From: an uncultured Bacilli bacterium
Lineage (GTDB): Bacteria; Bacillota_I; Bacilli_A; RF39; UBA660
NCBI GenBank assembly: GCA_944329355.1
Contig: CALVID010000004.1
Span: 365 to 64,364 of the forward strand
Direction of reading: 5' to 3'
Length of the DNA: 64,000 nt
Both the position numbers and the translations under genes were made by a program. This document shows, in pieces, positions 17,423-25,757 of the stretch (positions are counted from its first letter, which is position 1; each line of letters begins with the position of its first letter). Below the pieces are notes generated by a model, which saw only the letters and a program-made list of their open reading frames with translations, made no database searches and had not been told where the DNA came from.

Positions 17423-19030
17423 TTATTTCAAAATATATTTATATACATTATTACGTATTTTTAAAGAAAAATTAATTTCTGTAGCATTTTTGACATCACG
17501 AGGTACTTCTACATAATAACTAGACGAACTTTGATTAACTCGTGGTTTTATATTTTGTGTATTTATTTTTTGACTGGTCCAAACACCATTTAACTTATAA
17601 TTAATAGTTGCAAAAGAATTTAAAAAATCAGCAAAAGTTGTTACAGATGAAATATTCACATTCTTATCTAAATTAAAATCAGCATTTATTTTCATCAATG
17701 TTTTAAAATAAGTGCCAGTAGCAGTTGGTGTTAAATATTCAATAGAATCAACATATTTATCTGTACCATAAGCAAATTTATAATTTATTTTAAAAGTATC
17801 ATTTATCTCAAAACTATTTATTGTTAAACTAGAATTGCCTAAAATACTATCTTCTAAACTAAGCGTTTCTTTCAAATTAACCGCTTTAACATCCTTGCTT
17901 CCACTTAAATTAATCGGATCTAAATTAACCATAATGTCTTTTGCTCCTATTTCACCTTTAACATAGCTGACATCATCATTAAATTTTAACACCATTTTTT
18001 TATTAGCCTCTTCTTTAGGGACAACGAAAGCTAAAATATAATTTTGAAATTCAACTCCAAGTTCCTGATTAGTATATGGAGTTCCTAGATCATAAAGTTC
18101 TTTTGCATAATCATTATTTTGTCCATAGGAATTATTACCTATTCTAAGTGTTGCTAAACCTGTATTTAAAGTTTTATTTACTCCACCTTGTTTTTTAATA
18201 TCCATTTTAACAACCACTACCATATTATCGGTAAGTTTATTGCCAAGTGGATCTTCTTGTGTTAAATAAGTGTCTTTAATATTCATAACCACACCACTCG
18301 CACTAAAAGATTCACCTTGATCATAATAAGCTGTATAAATACTAATGTTAAAATAAATATTAAAACCTATCAAAATCAACAAAATAACCATGGCTGTATT
18401 AATTACTAATTTATGTTCACCATAAATATATTTTAGTTGTCTAAAGTTATATCTTATTTGCCTATTAACTTTATTTTTATCAAACTCTAAAGCAACTTCA
18501 ATTTCTTCACTGTCTTTTTCATCAATATCTAATTTCTGTAAATCTGTTCCAAAATCAAATTGCTTAATATCAAAGCCAGTTGCTCTAACGATATATAAAA
18601 CAAAACTAACAGCTTGTAAAATAAGAGCTATCATAAAGAAATCACGTAATGCACTAGCAAATCTCATATCCAAAAGAGAAGCACTAATATCTCTCAACAC
18701 AGGTTGTGTAATCCCATACAAAACAATAACCGCTACATAAACAATTAAACTATATATATATAATTTTTTTGGCTTATTTTTATAAATCATTACTGATAAC
18801 AAAACAATTATTAAAATAATGACTCCCAAAACCATTAAAAAACTATAAATGTTTAAAAGTGAACGAGGAGCCATATCATTAAGAGCTGTACTATAATCAT
18901 CAACATAAACCCTAAAAAAATTGTAAAGTGTAAAAGAACGATACAATAAAAATGCTACAAAAACCGCAATAATAGTATGTAATAATTTAAAGTATTTTAT
19001 AAAAAATGCATACGGTTTTCTTAATATCAT
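17423..19030 (-). CDS. Polytopic membrane protein with a large extracytoplasmic C-terminal domain (first gene of the cluster)
   Basis: 535 aa. About five TM helices in the first 160 aa, one more near residue 210, then a beta-rich domain. No recognisable catalytic motif. Confidence 0.5.
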   Translation of the reverse strand: MILRKPYAFFIKYFKLLHTIIAVFVAFLLYRSFTLYNFFRVYVDDYSTALNDMAPRSLLNIYSFLMVLGVIILIIVLLSVMIYKNKPKKLYIYSLIVYVAVIVLYGITQPVLRDISASLLDMRFASALRDFFMIALILQAVSFVLYIVRATGFDIKQFDFGTDLQKLDIDEKDSEEIEVALEFDKNKVNRQIRYNFRQLKYIYGEHKLVINTAMVILLILIGFNIYFNISIYTAYYDQGESFSASGVVMNIKDTYLTQEDPLGNKLTDNMVVVVKMDIKKQGGVNKTLNTGLATLRIGNNSYGQNNDYAKELYDLGTPYTNQELGVEFQNYILAFVVPKEEANKKMVLKFNDDVSYVKGEIGAKDIMVNLDPINLSGSKDVKAVNLKETLSLEDSILGNSSLTINSFEINDTFKINYKFAYGTDKYVDSIEYLTPTATGTYFKTLMKINADFNLDKNVNISSVTTFADFLNSFATINYKLNGVWTSQKINTQNIKPRVNQSSSSYYVEVPRDVKNATEINFSLKIRNNVYKYILK

Positions 19031-19095
19031 TTCTAACAGCCCCTTCCCTATAATACAATTATAACTTATTTTTACATAAAAAAAAAGAAAAAATA

Positions 19096-19587
19096 TTACT
19101 TTTTCACACTTTTTCTAATTATTTCATATTTTTCTTTTAAATCATCATAGCTAACCCTGCAGTTTGCCCCACTAGTAGATGGTAAATAAATAGCCTTAAT
19201 TAATACGTCTTTATAACAAAATTTATTATATAAATCAAAAGCTTTCTTACCTGTAACAAAAACTATTTTTACATTAGTTCCATTAATTAATCCTTTAATA
19301 TCATTAACTTTAGGACACTTAATAGAACTATCGCTAGAACCATTTATTTCACAAGATTCTAACACATCCCATAAAGCAATTTTGTTTTTCTTCAAAAATT
19401 TCTTTTTCTCTAAAATAGTGGACAAACTTTTTTCATTAAATAAATCACCCATGATTTTCCAAAAACGATTCTGAGGATGCATATAGTAAAAACCAAGTTC
19501 TCTAGATTTTAAAGATGGAATAGATCCTAAAATAAGAACCTCACTATCTTTATTAATATAAGGTCCAAATTCATGTTCAACCTTCAT
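19096..19587 (-). CDS. UDG-superfamily glycosylase, family 6 / DNA-deoxyinosine (hypoxanthine) glycosylase-like
   Basis: 'VLILGSIPSLKSRELGFYYMHPQNRFWKIM', 'IALWDVLESC' and 'YLPSTSGAN' match the HDG-type motifs. Its ATG directly abuts the stop of the upstream ORF. Confidence 0.6.
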   Translation of the reverse strand: MKVEHEFGPYINKDSEVLILGSIPSLKSRELGFYYMHPQNRFWKIMGDLFNEKSLSTILEKKKFLKKNKIALWDVLESCEINGSSDSSIKCPKVNDIKGLINGTNVKIVFVTGKKAFDLYNKFCYKDVLIKAIYLPSTSGANCRVSYDDLKEKYEIIRKSVKK

Positions 19588-21573
19588 CTAACTCACCTTC
19601 ACCTTTTTATTTATATTAAGTTTTGCCAAAGCATAATTGATTGTCTTATAAATAGCTGAACTTTTATATACATCAATCAACTTACTATAGTTCTTCTCTA
19701 TAAACACATCCTTATTAATATAATCAATTACTTTTCTAGCCTGTAATAAAGACAAATTTTCTTTACAAAGTAAATACATAAACGCTAAATCTGCGTTGCG
19801 TAAATCATCTTTTTCTTTTTTATTATTAATAGAATTTAAATACTCTTCAAACATAGAAATACTCTTGCACACTTTTAAAGCTAAATTAAAATCAAATGAT
19901 TGATTAATATCAATTTCCTGAATTTTTTGATTAAAAGTATTTTTCCAATTACCCAAATTTTTACTATTTATAACTGAAAAATATAATTTCAAAAAATCAG
20001 AAAGAGCAATAATTTTATTTTCAGAATAAAGTGAATTTATTAAATCATAATTTTCCCGTACTCCAGTAGAATTAATATTTAAAAAATATTCACCATCTTT
20101 AAATATTTCCCGTTGTAATTCACGAACAAAATAGTTAATTGAAAGTATATCCACCGCTTTCACAGCACATTGCTCATTAGTATATCTAGATATATTACTT
20201 TTAACATCTAACCTAGTTTCATTTTTCACATGTACACAAATTTTTATTTTATCTAAGTTTTGATTTGTTTTAACTAAATTCATTATTGTCTGTTGACCAT
20301 TATTAATAATCGGATTTCTAATTTGTAATGTTCCAGACAAATCATGAACTTCTCCAGTAATATCAATTCCCACATTATAATTAACAAATTCTTCCGGTTC
20401 ATTTATAATGGTTGATCGCATTTTAGGATTAACTCCCATTTCACCACGTACATTGTCATAAAAATATCTAGAAAAATCTACCGTCTGTAAATTTTTCATA
20501 TCATGTATACTCAAAGCTTCAAGTAAACTTTGAATTAATTGCTTCGCACATAAGTAAAAAGTATAGTTCCCTTTACCATCAAATGCCACATTTTTATAGA
20601 TAACCCCATCTTGTTTTATTGTTGGTTTTAAAATATTTAAAATCAAATTATTATTTAATGGTAATAATTTATTACAAACAAACATTTCATAAACATCCTT
20701 AGTCGGAATATTAAATTCTTTTTTAGAATTAGAAGATATTGTTCTAAACTTAATTTTTTTATTTTCCAAAACCAAACGTTTTTTCTCAATAAAATTGTAT
20801 AAATCTTTCCCATTAAAAGGTACTTCATGATTATTCATACATAAATAATATGAATAATTCATATCATCATAAGCTGTATCTGGTATATCGCCAATTTTTA
20901 TTTGATAAACATATACTGTATCATCATTAGAATCATAAACAATCGCATCTATTGAACCATCATTATCCCCATGCACTATATATTTATCTATAACTGTTTC
21001 ATAATTATAATTATGAATAGCTGATATAGCAAAGACTTCAAACGCAAATCCATAACCATCTTGAACAGTACACTTATGAGTCATTTTAAATAATAATTCC
21101 CGTATTTTTTTATATTCATCTATAATAACTTTAGCTTTAGTAATTCCTAACTCCAACATAAGTCTAACTTCATACTGAATATCCAAATTATTTTCAAGAA
21201 CATACTCCCCACTTTTTTCTTTTACTTTTTCAAATGTCTTCCAATTATCATTTGTAATAATATAATAATTATGTGTATATCTAATGTACTTTAATAGTTC
21301 ATTATGCTTTTCACTTACCACATTTTTCCAAAGACCAGAACGCAACTCTTTAGTAATAAAAAAATTCTTACCGTTAAATGATGTACATTGAATACAGTTT
21401 TCTTGCAAACGCCCACGAATTTGACTCTGAAGAATTTTAGTATTATCTTTTTCAAGCAATCTAGACACTTCAAAATATATTTGTTTTAGTGGAACATATT
21501 CAATACCTTCATTACTTGAAATATGATCAATAGCCTCTTTAATTACATCTCTAAGTATTAAACTTTTGCCCAC
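19588..21573 (-). CDS. AIPR-like (abortive-infection type) protein with an N-terminal wHTH and a PD-(D/E)xK-like motif
   Basis: 661 aa with a GTG start. The N-terminal 'IYFEVSRLLE...IRGRLQEN...LRSGLWK' is HARE/Mrr_N-like. 'HGDNDGSIDAIVYDSNDDTVYVYQIKIG' looks like a nuclease motif, and 'IINNGQQTIMNL' follows later. Confidence 0.4.
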   Translation of the reverse strand: MGKSLILRDVIKEAIDHISSNEGIEYVPLKQIYFEVSRLLEKDNTKILQSQIRGRLQENCIQCTSFNGKNFFITKELRSGLWKNVVSEKHNELLKYIRYTHNYYIITNDNWKTFEKVKEKSGEYVLENNLDIQYEVRLMLELGITKAKVIIDEYKKIRELLFKMTHKCTVQDGYGFAFEVFAISAIHNYNYETVIDKYIVHGDNDGSIDAIVYDSNDDTVYVYQIKIGDIPDTAYDDMNYSYYLCMNNHEVPFNGKDLYNFIEKKRLVLENKKIKFRTISSNSKKEFNIPTKDVYEMFVCNKLLPLNNNLILNILKPTIKQDGVIYKNVAFDGKGNYTFYLCAKQLIQSLLEALSIHDMKNLQTVDFSRYFYDNVRGEMGVNPKMRSTIINEPEEFVNYNVGIDITGEVHDLSGTLQIRNPIINNGQQTIMNLVKTNQNLDKIKICVHVKNETRLDVKSNISRYTNEQCAVKAVDILSINYFVRELQREIFKDGEYFLNINSTGVRENYDLINSLYSENKIIALSDFLKLYFSVINSKNLGNWKNTFNQKIQEIDINQSFDFNLALKVCKSISMFEEYLNSINNKKEKDDLRNADLAFMYLLCKENLSLLQARKVIDYINKDVFIEKNYSKLIDVYKSSAIYKTINYALAKLNINKKVKVS

Positions 21574-21650
21574 AATACCACCTCTTTATTTTTAATATAT
21601 CACAAAAATAAAAAAAGGTCTATGCATAAACAAAAGATCTTCAAAATATA

Positions 21651-21669
21651 TGATCACCAGTTGTGATCA
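21651..21669 (-). terminator. Inverted repeat, possible terminator of the 21725-22564 gene
   Basis: TGATCAC-cagtt-GTGATCA, followed on the minus strand by the T-rich TATATTTTG. Confidence 0.35.
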
Positions 21670-21724
21670 GAAAAAAAGATTTTAAAAAATTCCAATAATG
21701 TAACGAACATTTATTATATATAAC

Positions 21725-22564
21725 TTATTTTTTTATCGTCCTTTTATACTTTTTAGCATTTTCTAAACCATAAATATAAACTGGCGACACTTTTTCAAAA
21801 ACATAATCATCTAAACTTCCTGTACTTCCATATAATCTGCGATAATTTCTTTCCGTATTTATTAAATTCATTGTAATAGGTTTCCCACCTTTTAAATCAT
21901 CAAAATCATCCTTGCTAAAAGCTTGATAAAAACCAAAAGATAATTTATTACCATTATCATTAACAAAATTTACAAAATAAGACGGGTCAAATAAAATAAT
22001 TGGTTCTTTTTCATAACCATTTGGATAAACAAAGTTATACGCATGCATTTCATTGTCTCTAGCTCCAAAAACAACTTCAGAATCAAAACCTAAAAATTTA
22101 AATATATTATGTGCTAAACCAGCTTTTTCAGAACAAAAAGCCACCTCTTTTTCTCGAATTGTCTTAATTGACACTCTTTTACCTTTATTTGCTGAATAAA
22201 CGAAAAAACGACCTAGCCCCATCATATCATCATTTGGCAAATATTCATCTATAAGAAAAAATATTGTTGTAAATAAAGATAATATATTATACCAACCATC
22301 TTCTTTTAAAGACATAATTAAATTATAATAAGGTAATATATCATCATACACTAAATCAGGACTTTCTGTATCACTAAAATTTTCCACAGTTTTATAGTGG
22401 ATTTTTGACGATATATAATCTCGAAAACTATCAGTATAATTTTGACCTACAGTCTTCTCAACACTAGTTAATTCCAGTGATGCTAGCCGCTTATTTATAA
22501 AATCGACAATTTCTTCATTATTTTGTAATTTAAATATTATATTACTAATTTCGTCTTTCGTCAT
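21725..22564 (-). CDS. Transglutaminase-like / papain-fold cysteine protease-like protein
   Basis: 'AFCSEKAGLAHNIFKFLGFDSEVVFG...MHAYNFVY...ILFDPS' has the Cys...His...Asp spacing typical of the transglutaminase core. Confidence 0.35.
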   Translation of the reverse strand: MTKDEISNIIFKLQNNEEIVDFINKRLASLELTSVEKTVGQNYTDSFRDYISSKIHYKTVENFSDTESPDLVYDDILPYYNLIMSLKEDGWYNILSLFTTIFFLIDEYLPNDDMMGLGRFFVYSANKGKRVSIKTIREKEVAFCSEKAGLAHNIFKFLGFDSEVVFGARDNEMHAYNFVYPNGYEKEPIILFDPSYFVNFVNDNGNKLSFGFYQAFSKDDFDDLKGGKPITMNLINTERNYRRLYGSTGSLDDYVFEKVSPVYIYGLENAKKYKRTIKK

Positions 22565-22825
22565 TTAAAACCTCTCCCATTTAAATATCTTTAATAACTT
22601 TTATCAAAGAACAAAACACCAAAATAAATTTTAAACCAATTTACTTTATTTCTACGTCATAAAAGCCTAAGACTTCTCTATATAGAATATCCTACCTTAA
22701 CGTATTTTTGTTTATTAAAATTTATACTTAAATACTTTGTTCTAGATTTAACATGTATTTTTCTAAATAATCAGTTCTTTTTATTAGTTTCATAATTAAT
22801 CTTCCAATAACATTATAACACGTCA

Positions 22826-22859
22826 TTTCCCAAAAAAATATTTTTTGAATTTTGGGAAA
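22826..22859. repeat. 10-bp perfect inverted repeat
   Basis: TTTCCCAAAA, a 14-nt loop, then TTTTGGGAAA, in the non-coding gap next to the tRNA. Confidence 0.6.
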
Positions 22860-22937
22860 TAAAAACGTTATTTGATAAAAATATAAATTTTTAACATTTT
22901 TTTAATGTATACAAAATGAGAAAAATTATCAATCTAT

Positions 22938-22978
22938 TCGACCACTTTTCGACCACTTTTCGACCACTTTTCGACCAT
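22938..22978. repeat. Tandem direct repeat, 11-bp unit TCGACCACTTT x3.7
   Basis: Read directly: tcgaccacttt tcgaccacttt tcgaccacttt tcgaccat, 45 bp from the tRNA-Leu 3' end. Confidence 0.9.
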
Positions 22979-23022
22979 AAAATAAAAAAACGAACTATTT
23001 CTAGTCCGAATAATTATCAATA

Positions 23023-23111
23023 TGGTGCACATGAAGGGACTTGAACCCATACGAAGATCACTCTTCTGCAGATTTTGAGTCTGCCGCGTCTACCAATTTC
23101 GCCACATGTGC
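23023..23111 (-). tRNA. tRNA-Leu (anticodon CAA), class II with a long variable arm and encoded CCA
   Basis: The reverse complement folds as acceptor GCACATG/CATGTGC, D-arm GCG-AAATTGGTAGA-CGC, anticodon stem GCAGA/TCTGC with loop CTCAAAA, variable stem GAAGA/TCTTC, T-loop GGGTTCAAGTCCC, and 3' ACCA. Confidence 0.9.
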
Positions 23112-23195
23112 ATACATAAATTATAACATATTTTAAATAAAAGCCAATATAAAAATGAGAATTTACATAATTTTTTTCATTAATTCCCATTTAAA

Positions 23196-24146
23196 TTATA
23201 CACTCAATAAATAAACATAATATATAATAAACATTAATAGCATAAAAATTGCTTCTTTTCTACTAATTACTTTTTCACTTTTAGCAAATAAATAAAGGAA
23301 AAAAGAAGATAGAAAAGTTACTAAAATATCAAAAAAACTAAAACCATTTAATCCTACATTACCATAAATTAAAACTGGAAGTCCTAACACCACACAAATA
23401 TTAAATATATTAGTACCTATAATATTACCAACAGCCATATCAAACTCACCTTTTCGTGCACTTGTAATTGTCATAACAAGTTCAGGTAAACTTGTTCCAA
23501 TAACAATGATTACCATAGTAATTACTTTCTTACTTATATTAAGTTTATCAGCTAATAAAATTGCATTATCCACAATCATATCACTACTAAATATCGTAAC
23601 CAAAATAGATAAAATAATTAAACCTATAGCCGTCCACCCGCCATATTTAATATCGCTCGTATTATTATCTTCTGCCCCTTTATGTATCAATCCTATTAAA
23701 TATAAAACAAAAACACTAAAAAATAAAAGTAATACCAAACCATCTGGTCTTGAAAAAATATTACTAGTGAATGGATCAAACATCCTATCCAGCATTAATA
23801 TTGCAAATACCGAAGTAATCAAAACCAAAATTGGCAATTCTTTTTTTATTGTCGCATGTTTTACTTTAATAGGTTTAATTAAAGCTGCCATACCAATAAT
23901 TAAAAATACATTAACAATTGAACTACCAATAACATTAGAAAAAGCAATTTGTCCATCACCACTTTGAACACTCTGAAAAGAAATTGCTACCTCAGGGGCA
24001 CAAGTTCCAAAAGCCATAATTGTCAAAGCCACCAGCATTTTAGGGACTTTTAATTTCAAAGCTAAAGAAGAAGAAGCCGTAACCAAAACATCTGCCGCTT
24101 TAACAATAAAAAATAAACCTATAAATAATAAAATTAGTTCTTTCAT
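23196..24146 (-). CDS. CaCA-family Na+/Ca2+ antiporter (YrbG-like)
   Basis: Polytopic protein with two alpha-repeat signatures, 'GTCAPEVAIS' and 'GTSLPELVMT'. Confidence 0.75.
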   Translation of the reverse strand: MKELILLFIGLFFIVKAADVLVTASSSLALKLKVPKMLVALTIMAFGTCAPEVAISFQSVQSGDGQIAFSNVIGSSIVNVFLIIGMAALIKPIKVKHATIKKELPILVLITSVFAILMLDRMFDPFTSNIFSRPDGLVLLLFFSVFVLYLIGLIHKGAEDNNTSDIKYGGWTAIGLIILSILVTIFSSDMIVDNAILLADKLNISKKVITMVIIVIGTSLPELVMTITSARKGEFDMAVGNIIGTNIFNICVVLGLPVLIYGNVGLNGFSFFDILVTFLSSFFLYLFAKSEKVISRKEAIFMLLMFIIYYVYLLSV

Positions 24147-24700
24147 ATATCTTCCTTATATCTAGATCCAAACAACTCCTTAGGTTGAGAATCTTTTTCC
24201 ATTTCAATTTTAGGTAAATCATCTAAAGTTTTTAAACCAAAATAATCTAAAAATTGATCAGTAACTCCATACAAAACTGGTCTGCCAGGAAGTTCTGAAC
24301 GACCAATTTCTTTAATCAAATTTTTCAAAATTAATTTTCTTATCACATAAATTGAAGAAACTCCCCGAATTTCATCAACCATTGCCCTAGTAATTGGTTC
24401 ATTATAAGCAACAATAGCCAAAGTTTCCAAAGCCGCTGCACTAAGAGTTTCTGAAACTTCCGCACTCACTAACGTTTTATAGTAATCAGCATGTTCTTTT
24501 TTAGTTACCAATTTATAATTGCCATTAAATATTTCAATCTTTAATCCCCTATCAGGTTTTTCTAAATCACGTTGATATTCATTCACAATTTTTTCTAATT
24601 CCTCAAAAGAAATGTTTAAAATATCCATTAACCTCTCTTTGTTAATTCCCTCATCACCAACCACAAACAATATTCCTTCTAAAATAGCTTTTAAATTCAT
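24143..24700 (-). CDS. scpB: Segregation and condensation protein B
   Basis: 'ILFVVGDEG', 'EPITRAMVDEIRGV' and 'GRPVLYGVTDQFLDYFGL'. The start was moved to the ATG at 24700, just after the scpA stop. Confidence 0.85.
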   Translation of the reverse strand: MNLKAILEGILFVVGDEGINKERLMDILNISFEELEKIVNEYQRDLEKPDRGLKIEIFNGNYKLVTKKEHADYYKTLVSAEVSETLSAAALETLAIVAYNEPITRAMVDEIRGVSSIYVIRKLILKNLIKEIGRSELPGRPVLYGVTDQFLDYFGLKTLDDLPKIEMEKDSQPKELFGSRYKEDI

Positions 24701-24701
24701 T

Positions 24702-25424
24702 CTACACTTCTCCTTTAATAGACAATACAATCTCATCTAAATTTTTATCCTGTTTTATTTGTAAATTACCCTCTTTAGCTAAATTTAATATTGCCAAAAA
24801 AGTAACAACAATATAATCTCGACTTTTTATTTCAAATAAATCAGAAAATTTCAATGTGCCATGTGCTTTAAGTTTTTTCATTATATTCTTACTACGCACG
24901 TGAACTGAATACTCTTTTCTAGTAACCACAGTATTAAGTGGCTTATTATATTCTTGTTTTGTCTGAAAATCCATAAAAGCTTTAATTAAATCATCAATCA
25001 ATATATTATCACTAATTATTGCTTTTTCGTTCTTAAACTGATTTAAATCACTAGGCTCTTTAGAAAACATAAGTTTTCTCACTTTTTCCATATCTTTAAA
25101 TTCTAAAGCTAAATCTTTATATTTTTGATATTCAACTAATCTGTTAATCAAATTCTCTCTTGGATCTTCCTCATATTCATCTTCATCAATTTCCATATTA
25201 GGAAGTAATTCCCTGGATTTCATTTCTATCAATTCCGCTGCCATAACCAAATATTCACTGTCAATATTTAAATTTAAAGACTCCATACTTTCAATATAAT
25301 TTAAATATTGACTAGTAATATTAGACACATCTATATCAAATATATCTATATCTGACTCTTTAATCAAATGAAGCAATAAATCTAAAGGTCCCTGAAACTT
25401 ATCTATCATAAATTGATAATTCAT
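24702..25424 (-). CDS. scpA: Segregation and condensation protein A
   Basis: 'FQGPLDLLLHLIKESDIDIFDIDVSNITSQYL' is the ScpA N-terminal signature. It is followed by scpB. Confidence 0.85.
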   Translation of the reverse strand: MNYQFMIDKFQGPLDLLLHLIKESDIDIFDIDVSNITSQYLNYIESMESLNLNIDSEYLVMAAELIEMKSRELLPNMEIDEDEYEEDPRENLINRLVEYQKYKDLALEFKDMEKVRKLMFSKEPSDLNQFKNEKAIISDNILIDDLIKAFMDFQTKQEYNKPLNTVVTRKEYSVHVRSKNIMKKLKAHGTLKFSDLFEIKSRDYIVVTFLAILNLAKEGNLQIKQDKNLDEIVLSIKGEV

Positions 25425-25532
25425 ATTATCACCTTAAACATTATAACATTTATCCTTTTATTTACACAAGTAATACTTATAAGTAAAAAAATTTAAAAAA
25501 AATAATAAACTTTAATATAAAGGAAGGTAAAC

Positions 25533-25757
25533 ATGATAACAAGGATAATCTTTTTCTTAATAGGTTTTGGTTTTAGTATCATAGGTTTTGTTTTTATCAT
25601 TAGTTATCTAAATTTAATAACTATTGGGTATAATTTTAACGAATATGTAAATTTTATAAGTAGTAATATTGAGTGTCTAATTGGACCAATTGGTCTAATA
25701 ATCTCTTTTCTTGCAATTTTCATCCCAGGAGGTAAAAAAAATGAACTACATATATGA
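25533..25757 (+). CDS. Small two-TM membrane protein
   Basis: 74 aa, hydrophobic. RBS AAGGAAGG upstream. Overlaps the next plus-strand gene. Confidence 0.4.
   Translation: MITRIIFFLIGFGFSIIGFVFIISYLNLITIGYNFNEYVNFISSNIECLIGPIGLIISFLAIFIPGGKKNELHI

Larger units (their letters stand above)
1..23022 (-). mobile_element. Putative integrated conjugative/genomic-island segment (T4SS + Tad-like pilus + defence-like cargo). The left end is outside the window and the right end abuts the 3' end of tRNA-Leu.
   Basis: Conjugation-type genes (VirB4, VirB6-, VirB3-, VirB2-like, hydrolase) and defence-like genes lie directly downstream of the 3' end of a tRNA gene, a classic island insertion site. Housekeeping genes start on the other side of the tRNA. 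No integrase, relaxase or att duplicate is seen in the window. Confidence 0.4.

Noticed and set aside
22938-22978. Possible CRISPR array or coding repeat
   Set aside because: The 11-bp units are directly adjacent with no spacers, there are only 3.7 copies, and there are no cas genes. The 46-codon ORF spanning the repeat runs into the tRNA gene and has no RBS.
1-23022. Prophage interpretation of the accessory region
   Set aside because: No terminase, portal, capsid, tail or lysis-cassette candidates were seen. The ATPases and membrane proteins match secretion and conjugation families instead.
19031-23195. Integrase, recombinase or relaxase next to the tRNA
   Set aside because: I looked for Tyr/Ser-recombinase-like ORFs and for a duplicate of the tRNA 3' end between the cluster and the tRNA. 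None was found, so mobility remains an inference only.
23506-23967. Shadow ORFs in the core region (23506-23967, 25604-25843, 26471-26683, 26766-26963, 26920-27129, 28639-28821, 31173-31373, 31792-32004, 33634-33873, 39245-39442, 39750-39932, 41098-41313, 47133-47315, 48787-48984, 49418-49873, 51574-51756, 57502-57939, 62707-62895, 63312-63575)
   Set aside because: They overlap well-supported genes (antiporter, recA, alaS, frr, dnaK, grpE, pcrA, ABC transporter and others), on the opposite strand or in another frame. None has a recognisable motif.
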